This document shows, piece after piece, positions 37,395-50,498 of a stretch of 64,000 bases of DNA; the stretch's first letter is position 1; each line of letters starts with the position of its first letter. This DNA comes from the human T2T-CHM13v2.0 reference genome, Homo sapiens. Under the pieces are notes generated by a model. It saw only the letters and a list, made by a program, of their open reading frames with translations. It ran no database searches and was not told where the DNA came from. The position numbers and the translations under genes are program-made. The stretch lies in assembly GCF_009914755.1 (NCBI RefSeq), contig NC_060934.1; one strand, given 5' to 3'.

Positions 37395-37904
37395 ACATGT
37401 CGGTTTCCTATTGCTGCTGTACTAAGTTACACAAACTAACTGGCCAAAAACAACACGAGCTTATTACCGTATGGTTCTACAGACTGGAAATCCGGCATGG
37501 CTCTCACCAGGCTAACATCCAGACGTTGGCACGGCTGCGTTGCTCCAGGAGGCTACAGGAGAGAATCCACGTCCCTGCCTTTACCTCCTGTGTGACTTGA
37601 CTCCTAGTCTCTTCCTCCATCTTTAAAGCCAGAGTGCTGAGCTGAGTCCCTCCCACGTGGCATGTCTCTGAGGCCTCTTTGCCTCCCTCTTCCCTTTCAA
37701 GTATCCTGTGATTACATTGGGCCCACCTGGATAGTCCAGGCTCGTTTCCCTATTATAGAGTCAGGGAATTCGCAAACTTAATTCCATCTGCAGCCTTAAT
37801 TCCCCTTCACCATGTAATGTAATGTGAATAATGTAATGTAACATATTCGCAGGTTCCAGGGATTAGGACGGGGCTTCTGGGGGTGGGGGAGATGACTGCC
37901 TACA
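37395..37904 (-). mobile_element. MLT1D-like solo LTR, near full length
   Basis: GTTTCCTATTGCTGCTGT...GTGATTACATTGGGCCCACCTGGATA...GTAACATATTCGCAGGTTCCAGGGATTAGGAC...CTGCCTAC. Confidence 0.85.
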
Positions 37905-38211
37905 ATTTACCCATCTCCTTCCACCCTCTTGAACTCTTCCTCAAGTAAAAAAGCTATTCTCGGGGGAAACATCCCACATATACGAAACAAATTGAAAGCA
38001 GGTTGTAGTTATTACTTCACTGTATTTCATAGAAAGACGTAGGACCACAACTATGGTGGCCACCTGTAACCAAGTCTTAAGCAAAAGTAATGAGTCCCTC
38101 ACTGTAGACTTAAAGGTGGCAGAGTCCTCACAGCACACATGAGTCTTCAAAGGTGTGTGTTGTGAATTCAGTCTCTGCTGACTCTGTCATGGATTCATTA
38201 ACCATTCAGCC

Positions 38212-38297
38212 AGCAGTGAGGGCACCCAGGACGCAAGCACCCTCTGTGCACGGTAGCAATGAGGGCACTCAGGACGCCAGCACCCTCTGTGCACAGT
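38212..38297. repeat. 43-bp tandem duplication (4 mismatches)
   Basis: AGCAGTGAGGGCACCCAGGACGCAAGCACCCTCTGTGCACGGT followed by AGCAATGAGGGCACTCAGGACGCCAGCACCCTCTGTGCACAGT. Confidence 0.95.
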
Positions 38298-38739
38298 GAA
38301 GGTTATACAGCCAGGCAAGGTGATAGTTGTCCAAGGTCCCAAAGAGCTACTGATGCAGCCTGTGGCGAGACATAAAAGGGTCCCGGGGGATCTAAATGCA
38401 TAAGGTGCCTCCTCTCTACCCTCCTGTTCACATAGCCAGCAGTTTTCCCTATGGTACAACAGGCAGGTGAGGTCTGAGCACCTGATTTTAACTGCAGCGC
38501 CAATCCTTTCCGTCCCACAGCCTTAACCCACAGGTAAGGTCCCTGGGCAACCTCTGTGTCAAGACATCCATAAAGATGAACACAATGGAAAACTTTTTGT
38601 TCACCTAGGCCCTGCCAAGGCCAAATGTTGCCAAGAAAGGCAAGGAATGGAAATGGAGACATCTCTGCACAGAGGACCTCTGGGTACAGCAGAACTGGCA
38701 CTTGCCTCAGAAGCACATTCCCACTGGGAAGGCAGCCTC

Positions 38740-38868
38740 CAGCAAGTTTCCTGATGCACCAAATGCAGATGATGATCCCAGCTAGTAGGGCTGTCGTGAA
38801 GATTAAACTGAATGATAACAGATGTAAAGCAATCATCACCTAGTAGGTATCCATTAAATGTTGGTTTT
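38740..38868 (+). mobile_element. MIR 3' fragment
   Basis: TAGGGCTGTCGTGAAGATTAAACTGAATGATAACAGATGTAAAGCA...TAGTAGGTATCCATTAAATGTTGG. Confidence 0.65.
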
Positions 38869-39620
38869 CTCTGCCTCCAGCAGTTATTCACAAATTATCA
38901 GCATTTGCGGAATCCTGAAGTACCAGCAAGTTACTCAAAACAAATCATTACAAACACTATGCTCGTGCTGGCTGTAACTTCTTTCCAATTTTAGCGAAGT
39001 CATGTAAGAACCTCTCAGGGACACGTGGATCTACAGTGCGGTGCACTTGAACGAGGCCGAGCCGCATCCCGGGTCTAACTGAACGCAGCCCACTGGACTC
39101 TCCACTGTTTTCAAAGTGGCCTCAGCAAAAAAGGATGTTAGGCTTCCTGTTCTGAAACCAATCAGAAGTAAGCAAAAAAGCTGGAATATCAACTCCAGTT
39201 TCAGTGAAGGTAGGAAATGATCACAATCTCAAATCATAGATGATGGGTAACAGGCATGACCACATCTGTGGTGGACACCTGGGCCAGAGCATCTCTGAAG
39301 AGCTGGAACAGGGGACAGATGTCGGGAAAAAATGAGAAGGTCTTGAATAACCTGGGAAGAAGCAGAATGAAGGAAGGCAGAGCTGGAAATGGGGGCTCCA
39401 GGGAAACACGGTCAGCTTTCCAAGACCCACCTGAAGGCAGAGCCTGGAATTGAAATAAATGTAAGAGAGAAGGGAAACAACAATTGACTTCACTGCTACC
39501 CACCAGAGATGTTAAACAAAAATCAACAATGCAAAAGAGGTGTGAGCTTCCCTGTGAGACTCACCAAGCCGTGCCAAAGTGAGGAACAGGAAAGGTAAGA
39601 AACCTGCTCCTGGCAGAGGG

Positions 39621-39983
39621 TGTATTAGTCTGTTCTCATGCTGCTAATAAAGACATGCCCAACACTGAGTAATTTATAAAGAAAAGAGGTTTAATGGACT
39701 CACAGCTCCACATGGCTGGGGAGGCCTCACAATCATGGCCAAAGGTGAAGGAGGAGCAAGGGCACATCTTACATGGTGGCAGGCAAGAGAGTGTGTGCAG
39801 GGGAACTGCTCTTTATAAAACCATCAGATCTCGTGAGATTTATTCACTATCATGAGAACAGCACACGAAAAACCCACCCCCGTGAATCAATGACCTCACC
39901 GGGGTCCCTCTGATGACACATGGGGATTATGGGAGCTACAGTTCAAGATGAGATTTGGGTGGGGACACAGCCAAACCATATCA
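39621..39983 (-). mobile_element. THE1 (THE1C/D-like) solo LTR
   Basis: TGTATTAGTCTGTTCTCATGCTGCTAATAAAGAC...GATGAGATTTGGGTGGGGACACAGCCAAACCATATCA, 363 bp with TG...CA ends. Confidence 0.95.
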
Positions 39984-40557
39984 GGGGTGATGTGGAATGG
40001 ATGTGAAACTGGGTGATGGTTCTGTGGACGCATGCTCCTTGGCCTGTTTTGCATTGTTCTTGAGTAAATAGCAGGGCCTGGTAGAACTGTCCCCAGCCAA
40101 AGGTGAACAATATTCTTCCCATGAAGGCCTGCAAAGATGCGACCGAAGAGATGAATGGGACCTTTCAGGGAAAAGTCCCACAAAGTGTGTGCCTTCAAAG
40201 AAATGCACCAAAAAGCAGAAAAAAAATTATCCCAGCAAAACCTTCTTTCAATTCTCTGTAAATGTGAAAGAAAATGGAATATGGAAGAAATAGCTTAAAA
40301 CAAAACTATAAGAAATAAAAAGAGAAAACATTACAGAATAAAGATAAAAATACAGAATAACCATAGAGGATAAAATTGAACATAAAACTATTACGGAAGC
40401 GAAAACCACAATTAAAGCCACAAGAATTCGAGCCAAAGGTGCCAAGAATGCAGGAGGACAGAGGACAAGCCTGTGGGAAATTCCATGAGAAAAAGGGTTA
40501 TAAGGAGGTGATGGATATGCAAGAAAGACACAGGAGTTCCAACACAGATGCGGCAAA

Positions 40558-40780
40558 TTCACTCATTTACTTATGCATATGTTCATTCTAACATCCTTTG
40601 AATAATCAGCTTCGACTGTGCAGACACTGTTCTAGGACCCTGGACATTAGCAGTGAGAAGCCACCAGCCCACAGGAAGCTCACATTTTAGTGGGTACAAG
40701 ACAGGCAAGAGGCAAGAAAATGAACAAAGTTCAGATACTGCCAACCGCTCCAAAGAAAATAATTCAGAGCAAGGAGAAAG
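40558..40780 (-). mobile_element. L2 3' end
   Basis: TTCACTCATTTA...TGTGCAGACACTGTTCTAGGACCCTGGA...GAAGCTCACATTTTAGTGGG. Confidence 0.75.
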
Positions 40781-41085
40781 AGAGCACCGGTGGTGAGGAG
40801 GACCAGGAGGAGAAGAGAACACGGATGGTAAAGTTATTCGACGGCCTAGTGGAAGGAATGCTTCCCTAAACCAAAGCGAGGCCTGATCCCCAAAGCCAGA
40901 TCCAAGCCTGCGGACATCAAGACATATACAGAGGAAGTGATTATATTTCAAAAAAAAAAAAAATTTAAACCTGTAAGAACAACAAAGCAGAAAGAGGAAA
41001 TCAGCTAACAAAGGGAAAATCCTCATGGGCTGGGGACGTCAGACACGCCTCTCAGAGCCGGGAGCCACAGAGCAACTCTGGCCTC

Positions 41086-41277
41086 ACAGATTCTTGCACC
41101 TCAGTTGCACAGGGGCAGCCCAGGAAGCTCCTCTGAAAGAACAGCGCTCCCCAAGCCCACGCGGAGAGCCTCCGAGTCACGAGGATCCAATGGCTCCAGG
41201 AATCTGCACTTGAAACAGATCTCTCTGCTGATTCCTAAGCAGGGGATTCAAACATTCACAGGTTGAGAAACACAGTG
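41086..41277. mobile_element. MER5-like MITE
   Basis: CCAGGAATCTGCACTTGAAACAG...TGATTCCTAAGCAGG...TTGAGAAACAC. Confidence 0.55.
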
Positions 41278-42259
41278 GCCCAAAGTTTGAGGGGAAGAAG
41301 CGTAACTGAAGGGTTTTATAGGCAGCCAGTTTCTTTATGTCTATAGTGAACAGAAAACACCCTCAGTATAGCAAACATGAGCCCTTCATGCAAAAATAAA
41401 TAAATAATAAATAAAAGCTAACTGGAATTCAGGGAAAGGAGAAAAGTAGGAATGGGAATAAACTCACTGACTGGGGTGAGCACTGAAGGTGTTTAAATAC
41501 GGAATTGAAATAAAGCAATTGCAAGAATTTTGGGGTAAAGGCAGCAAGTAAATATTGCTTTTTTAAAAAGCAACAATATTAAAATTATAGCTATGCAAAT
41601 CCAAAGACAAGGAGAGAGAACAAGAAGTATAAGCCCATCCATTTTCCCACCTTTCATAGATTGGGGTAAATCAATACTATTTGGAGTTGATCAATCAAGA
41701 AATAGAAATGTAAGCATTTCTTTAAAGTTATAAAAGTGAGCACTAGAAGAACTAAAAGGAACTTTAGCCCTTCCAAATGCTAGACAGGGGTTCTCTCCCT
41801 CAACCCCTTCCTCTCACTCTCTTTCTCCCTTTCTCTCTCTCTGTCATATACATATACACACACACACAGAGTGTATGAGCCAAAGATAAAAAACAAAACA
41901 TTTAAAATGTTTTAGAAACAATAAAAAATCATGCATGACAATTTCTAAAAAGACCTAAGAATGAATACAGATGCATACAATTTCAATCATCATTTTACAG
42001 ATAATAATAGATACACAATAAATTTAAATTGGATAAGTTGACCTATTAAAAGTATTTATATTAAATCAAAATTCAACCATATGCTGTATGTAAGAAACAT
42101 CTTTAAAAAGTTACCCAGAAAAGTTGAGACTAAAAGAATGCCAGCAAAAGGAACAGCAGAGGTGAACAAGATATCAAAGCAAGAAGCCCACAAGCATGAA
42201 ACTCTGTGTGGAGCACAGCATCTCAGAATGCTCCCAGCGATACCATGAGGTCTCTCATA

Positions 42260-42455
42260 TCCCCCTCTTGGTTCCTTCATAGTGCTATTTACCTCTGCAG
42301 CTTGTCCAGTATCTTGTTTATTCGTGATTTGCTGTCTGTCACTCACGCATACAAATGTCAGCTTGGCGAGGGCTGACGTTTTCCTCTGCACATTCCTGGT
42401 GCCTGGAATAGCACATGGTTGGTGCACAGGAAATATTTTTTGCAAGAATGAATAA
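42260..42455 (+). mobile_element. L2 3' end
   Basis: AAATGTCAGCTTGGCGAGGGC...GTGCCTGGAATAG...AAATATTTTTTGCAAGAATGAATAAA. Confidence 0.7.
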
Positions 42456-44285
42456 AAAATAGATACAATTTCAATCACTATTTTACAGATGATTCAAGAC
42501 AAGAAAATCTATTAATGTAGTTCACATATCAATAGACAAAGGAGAACATTTGATAAACACACGTCAAAAGGAAAGTTTATAAAATTCAAAGTTCTTTTCT
42601 GATTTAAAAAAAACAAGAAATTGACTAGATTCACCCTTAAATTGTGTACATGCAGACAACACAGATACACACACATCACTCACCAAAAATCAAAAGCTAT
42701 CATGATACTTAATGCTGATGTTTGGAAGCATAACCAATAAAATAAAAACAGAACAAATGTTCCTGCTCTTCCTCAATTTTTTGTAATAGTACTTACCAAA
42801 GAAATTACTCAACACAAGAAAATCTAATATAGTCTTAAGTTCTTGTATTTTTCTAGAGGAGGATAGAGATATTTGTGTTCAAAAAAATTTAAGTAATTAC
42901 TAAAACAACAGAATGTTTACAATCCAACAGAGCAGGGAATATGAAAACTTGAGCAATCAAACAGAAGGCAGAAAATGAGAAACAAAAAGGCAAAGAAAAT
43001 TGTAATTATAAATTATCATTATTTACTTATTCATTACTACTTACTACTATTATTTAATATACATTATTAAAAGCCAAATACTTAGAAATGAGCAGTAAAA
43101 AACAAAACAGGAACTCTTATAGGACATAGCTAAAGCAATATTTGGAGAAAAATAGATTTTTGAGTGCATTTAGAAGAAAAATTGAAAAAGAATAAGCCAA
43201 GTCCCCAACTCAACAAGTTGTGTAAGAACAAAAAATAAACCGAAGGGAGGTGGGAGGCAGGATATATCAGAGACGACTACACAGACTGGAGATGAACAAA
43301 ACATGGTGCGTCTCTGGGGAAAAATCAAGTTACCAGAACGATTAGAAATAATAAAACATGAGTAAGTTTGTGGGCTATGAAATTGTTCTTCAGAAATTAA
43401 TAACTCTTTTCAACGTAAAATAGTTCAAAACAAACTGGAAAAGGATTTCCCATTCACAATAGCAAGAAATTAGATGAGAATTCTTAGGTATAAACTAACG
43501 AAACATGCACGGTAGAAAAACACTGAACTCAATGAAGGGACATAAAAGAAGACTAATAAACAGGAGGCCGCAGCCCAAGAGTACAGAAGTAAGTTCTCCA
43601 AAAATTAATAGATTTTTAGAAATCAAGATTTTTTTTAGAATTGAACAAAATTATTCTAAAACAACTGTATGGGAAGATAGCCGAGCAACGCTTTTAGGAG
43701 AAGAACGATCTCCACTAACAAAACATCTGAAAAAGTGACACTATTTAAAGCACTTGATACATACAAAATATGCTAAAATTCATAAAACCTTACACTAAAA
43801 GAAAAAAATTCAACTTTACAGCATGATAATCTAAAAAGCTTTTATTTAAAAGGCAATATGATATGGACAAAGGATTATTAAGTAAATACATGCAACAGAA
43901 ATCCAGAAACTAATCAAATACATATAATAATTTTCCTCTTATAATGTAACCACTTCAAACACTGGAGAGAAAGATGAAAAATAAATTGTGTTAGAACAAA
44001 TGAATAACAATTTGGGGAAAGGGAGGAATGGATCACTGCTTCAACTCAGTTGAATATATTCATCAGTTAATTTCATTTGGGCCAAATACCTAACTTCATA
44101 AATAAAACCATGATAGTTATTTAAAAAGCGTAGGTTTTTCCTAATAAACCAAAAATGGTTAAACTGGTTATAATTGTTGTAAAAAAAAAAAAGCCAAGTA
44201 AAGTAGATGACTGATAACTGACTAAATAAAATGTTTAAAATTCTGTAAAGCAAAAGTGCCATATACGAAATCAGTAAAGAAATGA

Positions 44286-44590
<305 letters not shown>

Positions 44591-44902
44591 ATAAAATGAA
44601 ATGCTCACAACCTTAGGACAGGTAAAAGGGAGATTTTGTGAATGTAAAAGTAATTCATACACATCTTGTTTGTTCCTTTAAACCTGATCAACCCAAAAGG
44701 AAAATGTCCACAGATATGAACAGGCTGTTGACAGAAGAAATACAACAAAGATATGAAACCACTGTAAGTAAATAAACGCAAATCAAAGCAAAAAGCGGCA
44801 CTTTCAACTCTAGTTTTGTGAAGGCTTACCAGCAAGTGAATGTCCAGTTCTGGCAATCGGATGAGGAAAAGAACACTCAAGCCTTCTTCAAAATAGTATG
44901 AA

Positions 44903-44952
44903 TGGGTCCTCGGTTGAGGAGGGTAATTGGGTCCTTGGTTGAGGAGGGTAAT
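44903..44952. repeat. 25-bp tandem duplication inside L1
   Basis: TGGGTCCTCGGTTGAGGAGGGTAAT followed by TGGGTCCTTGGTTGAGGAGGGTAAT (one CpG-type mismatch). Confidence 0.95.
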
Positions 44953-45149
44953 TTGGCAATATTCCTCAAAAGTTAAAGTGCACATAGGCTTTGATCCAGC
45001 AGTTCTACATGTGAGGCTTCGTCTTACAAATGCACTCACTTAATTGCACAAAAATTCTCTCTTTTTCACACACACAAACACACACACACACCTGTTTATT
45101 CCAAAAAATATACAGAAAAAGCTTTCTGTCTGCAAAGTTCTGATGTTTT

Positions 45150-45320
45150 CACTTTGTGTGCATGATTTTTATTCTCTCAACAACTATGTGGCATAAGTTT
45201 CATTTATTCCCATTTTACAGGGGAGGAATTGGGTTCCAAGAGGATAAGTAGATGGCTGGTGAGTGGTAACCTGTGATTTGAACTGAGTCCCTTTTGTAAC
45301 CGGACTTACACTCTTAAGCA
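45150..45320 (-). mobile_element. MIR
   Basis: TCTCAACAACTATGTG...TATTCCCATTTTACAGGGAGGAA...GATTTGAACTGAG. Confidence 0.65.
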
Positions 45321-46792
45321 TTATCCTTGTTCTTGCCTTCCTCTTGTTCATAATAATGGAAAATGGGAAACAACGTGTCTTAATGGAGGACGAGTTAAAT
45401 AAATTGGTTGCTGGAATACTAAGCAGGTTTAATTTTCACCAGGTTGAATTTATGTACAGAAAAGCAAAAAAAAAAATGTCTAAAATATGTTAGGCAAGAA
45501 ACAGCGAGGTTCAGGGAGTATGTAAAATGCTATAATATTATTCATCTCGTGTATGTGCAAAGCCAATGCCTGTAAGAGTCCAGAGGAAGGTCTCCATACG
45601 ACAACCTCTGGGGAGAAGAGCTGGGGCGACTGGGAAATGGTTTGGCCAGGGTGTTGGGGGAACCTTTTCATATAACAGATTTTGTACTCTTTGCTTTCTT
45701 TAATAATGAACGTGTCTTTCTTCTATATTTTCTAAAAGCTAAGTTTGAAATAAAGAATAAACATTTCCTGGATACTTCCCCAGGATATGAGTCTGTTCCA
45801 AGAGGCACACACCCAAGTCAGGAGGGTTGGCAGCATTCTGACAATATGATTTCTAGAAAGAGAGGAAAAAATGACTTCAAGATGTGATGCTTCCTCATAA
45901 ACAGAGGGCCATCGGAGCTGAGCTCCTGGTTTGATAGTTGAATGTCCTGATGGTGTTTTTTTTCTGGCTATTCTACAGAGCGGGTCTTTAGGAAATCCTG
46001 CCACACCAAGGGCTTCGGCTGTGAGCTCGGTCCTATTTTTACAGGACTTCTTCCCCCATCACTCATTTTCAGCAAGAATGTGCCCCACAGTTCAAGGAAC
46101 TCAAGGCAGGGCCGTTCTTCTATCTTTGGCACAAATATTCCACGTTTTCCTGCCTAGGACAGTCCCCACTCTCCAGGAGAAATTCTACAGCTCAAGAGAA
46201 ATCTGCTCATCCCTCTAAATAAGGGCAGCCTCGCAGAGCCGAGAAGGGGAAAAGGTGCCAAGTGACAAGAGATGCTTCCATGGGCTCCACCACCTCAACA
46301 GGAAGGCAGATTTTGAAAAGAATAGTGCTAGGAACTTCTAGGGGGTGAAAGAGTAAAGCTGTGAATAAACCACCCAACCCAGTCTCCCATGGCATTTTTA
46401 CAAAAGAAATTAGAATTTCATCACACAGGGCTTGTGAGAACACAAGCTGTATTTCAACACCCTCTTCCTTACATAAACATCAACGACATGGTCATTTGCC
46501 TGTTTGTGAATTTCCATTATGAATAATTAAAAAACAAAACCCACTTCAGTTAGGGAAGATATACAACTCCTTATCAGAGGACAGTAGATGTTCTTCTTAA
46601 CAGTGTACAGACAGGAAGATTAAATTTCAGAGAGAGATTTATTTTGTGCGATTGTCCCGTTATTCACCAGAGAATTGTGCAATGCAAGTAATCTGATCAG
46701 AATAATGCATAGGGACATATTTCAGAAAACCAATAATTGTGGTAACGTTGAACTGTGCAAGGTGCCAAAATAAAGTCCAGAATCACTCTCAC

Positions 46793-46920
46793 CCTTTCCC
46801 CCAATTCCTTAATCACGGCTTCATAATACGCGGCCACATTGTCCATTACAGGCACAAGCTGGCAGAAATCACTATTGGACTTGTAGAGATTTATTGTCAT
46901 TTGAGATCCAAAGCACTTCT
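46793..46920 (-). other. Candidate 128-nt exon (KCFGSQMTINLYK...AVIKELGER)
   Basis: Minus strand: moderate acceptor TTTTGATTTTGGGTCTAG|, donor AGG|GTGAGA, open frame. Could equally be a non-coding enhancer. Confidence 0.25.
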
Positions 46921-47472
46921 CTAGACCCAAAATCAAAATGGTATTTTACAGATAAGCCCTAGCAAGATTTTACAGCTCTTACATCTTAAGGATTCTTTAT
47001 TCTTGGCTAGGTCCTGCAGGGTTTTTATTATTATTATTGTGTTAGTCAAACAATAGAAAAACTACTAAAACTGGCTGTATTTAAATTCTGTTTACTTCTT
47101 TAACCTTTTGACTTACCTACATAAAAGGTAATCTTTCAGGAACAAGTTCCAAACAGAATCACTGCCTATTTGCTTTCCTCAAATCCTCATGGAATAAACA
47201 GAATCTGTAACAAGATCCCTTTCACCATTTTTTATTCTGCTCATATTTGCAATGATTTTATAACTGACGGCTGGGCCGCCTCTCTCCCATCATCGCAATC
47301 AGTGCATCCTGGGATTAAAAACCATTTAGGGCCCAAGTCTTAAACAAACTCCCCACACAGCAGTATAATGAACATTATGCATTGTTTCTTTTTATTGTTG
47401 CTAGCTTTATCGGCTCGGCCAAGAAGCTGGGGAGTTCGTCCTCATTTTTAAGCAGAGGAGTAGCCCGCTTAC

Positions 47473-47667
47473 CAACATGGCCAGTGGCATCCAGCGAGAT
47501 TGCAAAGGTGGCAGGGCAGTAATGCATGAAGCCTTGATGACCACCTGCCCCGTTTTATCATAAAACGGTCACACACTAGATACTTCTCCAGAGACTTTTC
47601 CTGGGAATATTTTCTTTACAAACATGAACTGGTGTCTAAATTGCTCAAGAACAAATATGTTGAGTAG
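47473..47667 (-). other. Candidate 195-nt non-coding exon
   Basis: Minus strand reads CTCTTCTTAATGCAATTTTTCAG|CTACTC...GTTG|GTAAGC. Stops in all three frames. Confidence 0.25.
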
Positions 47668-48429
47668 CTGAAAAATTGCATTAAGAAGAGCAAAGCAATC
47701 TAACAAGTACCTGAGAAGCCTCATCAGAGGGGAAGGTGCAGGCCGTTCTCCGTTCAGTGGCCTGTGGATGGATATGCCCGGAGGCAGCGCCGCCTCCACC
47801 CACCTTCAGCGAGGTGGCCCCAGCAGGGCAGGGGGTGCTTCCACCCTGCTCACCGAGCCTCCGTTAATGAAATTAAGCGGGAAGGTCAGCTGCATTCCCA
47901 TAGGATCTTCTTCCAGGATCCCGCAGCATTAAGTAGGGAGACTAGGCTGGAATCAGCCCCACTCCACTACAATTTCCCAGAGCTAGGTCAAACATAGGAA
48001 CTGCTCTGCAGAAACTGAATTCCAGATAAGATTCTAGTAACTCCTTCTGTTGTTATCTCTGAAGATGATTAGACTTGGAATCTTAGGTGAATTTGAATTT
48101 GGACAATAAAACCAGAGAATATTTTAATAAGTGAGCATGGTCTCGCATCGGTTTTTCCATGCCTACCTAGAAATGACTCCCCTTACTGATAATTAACAGG
48201 GAGGGACCAAGCTCCATCTCAAGAGTCAGCACTAATCTTGAGTTTATCCATGAAAATGAGAAATGGGTGTTTCTTAGGGTAATGAACGCCTTCTGATCCT
48301 CACATTTTTAATATCTTAATAATAAATAACATCACCACCTTATATTTATATAATGTTTCACAGTAATTGCATTATTTCTACTTCTTTACTATGTGAATAA
48401 GGTAGACATTATCGTTTGAGATGATAACA

Positions 48430-49550
48430 TGGAGCTATGCAAAAATATCAACTTTATTCCTGTTAAAATCAGGCCTAAGTCTGTTATCACTATGACTGTT
48501 TAACATTGTTCTGATTTATCCAATGAAGTAACATGTGAAATACTTCACAATAAACAATTATAAATGACAAAATCATTCACTGCAAATAACGTGAGCACAC
48601 ACATAAAATCTCTTAGAATTAATATGCAGGTTAAGTGGCCAACACAAGTTGAATATAGAAAAATTAATTCCTAACTTATTAGAAGATGTAATGGGAGAAA
48701 ACGACTTTCATAAGATCAAACAAGAACATAAAATGCAAGGATGACTCCTAGCAAGAACCATACAGAATTTTCAATGGGAAACCACAGATATTTCCTGGGT
48801 GATATTAAGAATTTTATAGAAATATGTCATGATCATTGATGGGAGGGCTGAATACAGTAAAGATGAATATTTTCCCAGTTAATTTAAAAGACCAATGCGA
48901 ATGCAGACACAATCCCAATGGAGATTGTTATGGCACGTGACAGAATCATTCTAAAATTTATAATAAAAATAAATAGCAACAAAGAGCTAAGAAATTGTAG
49001 GGGGCAGGGGAGAACAATAAAAGGAAACTCTCTCTGTCAAAACCTCTCATTTATCTAATGGTTTTTTCACCTAAAAGGGAGAGTTACAAATTATGAGAAA
49101 GAAATGTGTATGCAAATAGCCATAGTTAGCAAAAAGTGTTCGGAAAATAGTGTTTAAAAAACCTGACATAGGTTATTGGCACATGATGGAACAAAATAAA
49201 TTCCAGATGGATAAAAATAATCCAGTGAGTAAATAAGAAATAAATAAGCCAATTTTTAAAAATAAGACTTTTTTTTTTACATCTTTGGGCTATAAATTCC
49301 ATAAGAGGAGAATAATAGTCTTTTTACCCCAATGAATTTGTGCAATGAATGAATGTAAAAACGGTAAAATAATAGAAAATTCACAAAGAAAATATGGATT
49401 GATGTGATGGTTTTCAATGTTTTCTAGAATTAAGGGACAAATAAATCTGGGAAAGATTGCAAATAATATGATCAAAGGTTAATATTCTTAACACATGGGG
49501 ATTTTATTCATCAATAAGAAAAAGACAATTTGAGACAAGCGGAGAACATT
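48430..49550 (+). mobile_element. Ancient L1ME-like ORF2 fragments
   Basis: TTTAACATTGTTCTG, AATCCCAATGGAG, ATTCTAAAATTTATA and AAAATAAATTCCAGATGGAT L1 landmarks. Confidence 0.55.
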
Positions 49551-50184
49551 TCAAATCATGGTTTGGGAGAGCCAGGAAGCTAGCTGGTAAGAGAAACACA
49601 CACTATGCCCGCCACGTGGTTCTGAGGGCCCACTGTGGCAGGTGACATAAATTTATACTAGCCTTCATCCACGGGGTTCTGGGATCTTCTCCAGCAGCCC
49701 AGACACAGAAGCATCGATCTAAACACATTTTCAATACTTTGACATCATTATCTAAGAGATGACTGTGTCTTCCCAAGATTCCCTGATAAAGATATACTTC
49801 CATTCACTTTTTGCTAAGCTGAGGTTTGGTAAAACCATCTTTACAAAAAGAGCTAGAATTTCATGCTAACTTGGTTCACAGAAATAAAACAAAATTGTTT
49901 TGCTTTTCTGTGAGAATTAATTCATTTACCTTACATATAAATGAAGAATTACTTTGCAGAAAGAATAAAAATCTATCATATTGTTAATTTTGTGATTTAG
50001 TATATACGAAAAACTCCATCTCAAAAGCCTCCAAACACACACACACACATGCACTACACACACACACACACACACACTGAAAAAGGCTAAACACACACAC
50101 TGAAAGAGGCTATCTTTTCAAAACCTTGATACTCAATTCATGGTGTTCCTTACCTTTGTTATCATGCATAAAATAGGAGGATGA

Positions 50185-50466
50185 GGCCAGGTGTAGTGAC
50201 TCATGCCTGCGGCACTTTGGAAGGACAATGTGGGAGAACCACTTAAGGCCAGGAGTTCAAGACCACCCTGGGCAACATAGTGAGACCCCATCTCTACAAA
50301 AAGTAAAAATTAAAAAATTAGCCAGGTATGATGGCACACACCTGTGGCCTCCACTACTTGGGAGGCTGAGGTGGGAGGATCCCTTGAGCTCAAGAGGTCA
50401 AGGCTGCAGTGAGCCATAATTGTGTCACTGCACTCCAGCCTGGGCAACAGAGCCAGAACCTGTCTC

Positions 50467-50495
<29 letters not shown>
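50185..50495 (+). mobile_element. AluJ with A29 tail
   Basis: GGCCAGGTGTAGTGACTCATGCC...GAGGTCAAGGCTGCAGTGAGCCATAATTG, poly(A) at 50467-50495. Confidence 0.93.

Positions 50496-50498
<3 letters not shown>

Noticed and set aside
38303-38839. 178-aa ORF with a hydrophobic, signal-peptide-like N-terminus
   Set aside because: The hydrophobic start is translated antisense MIR. The rest resembles no family I know.
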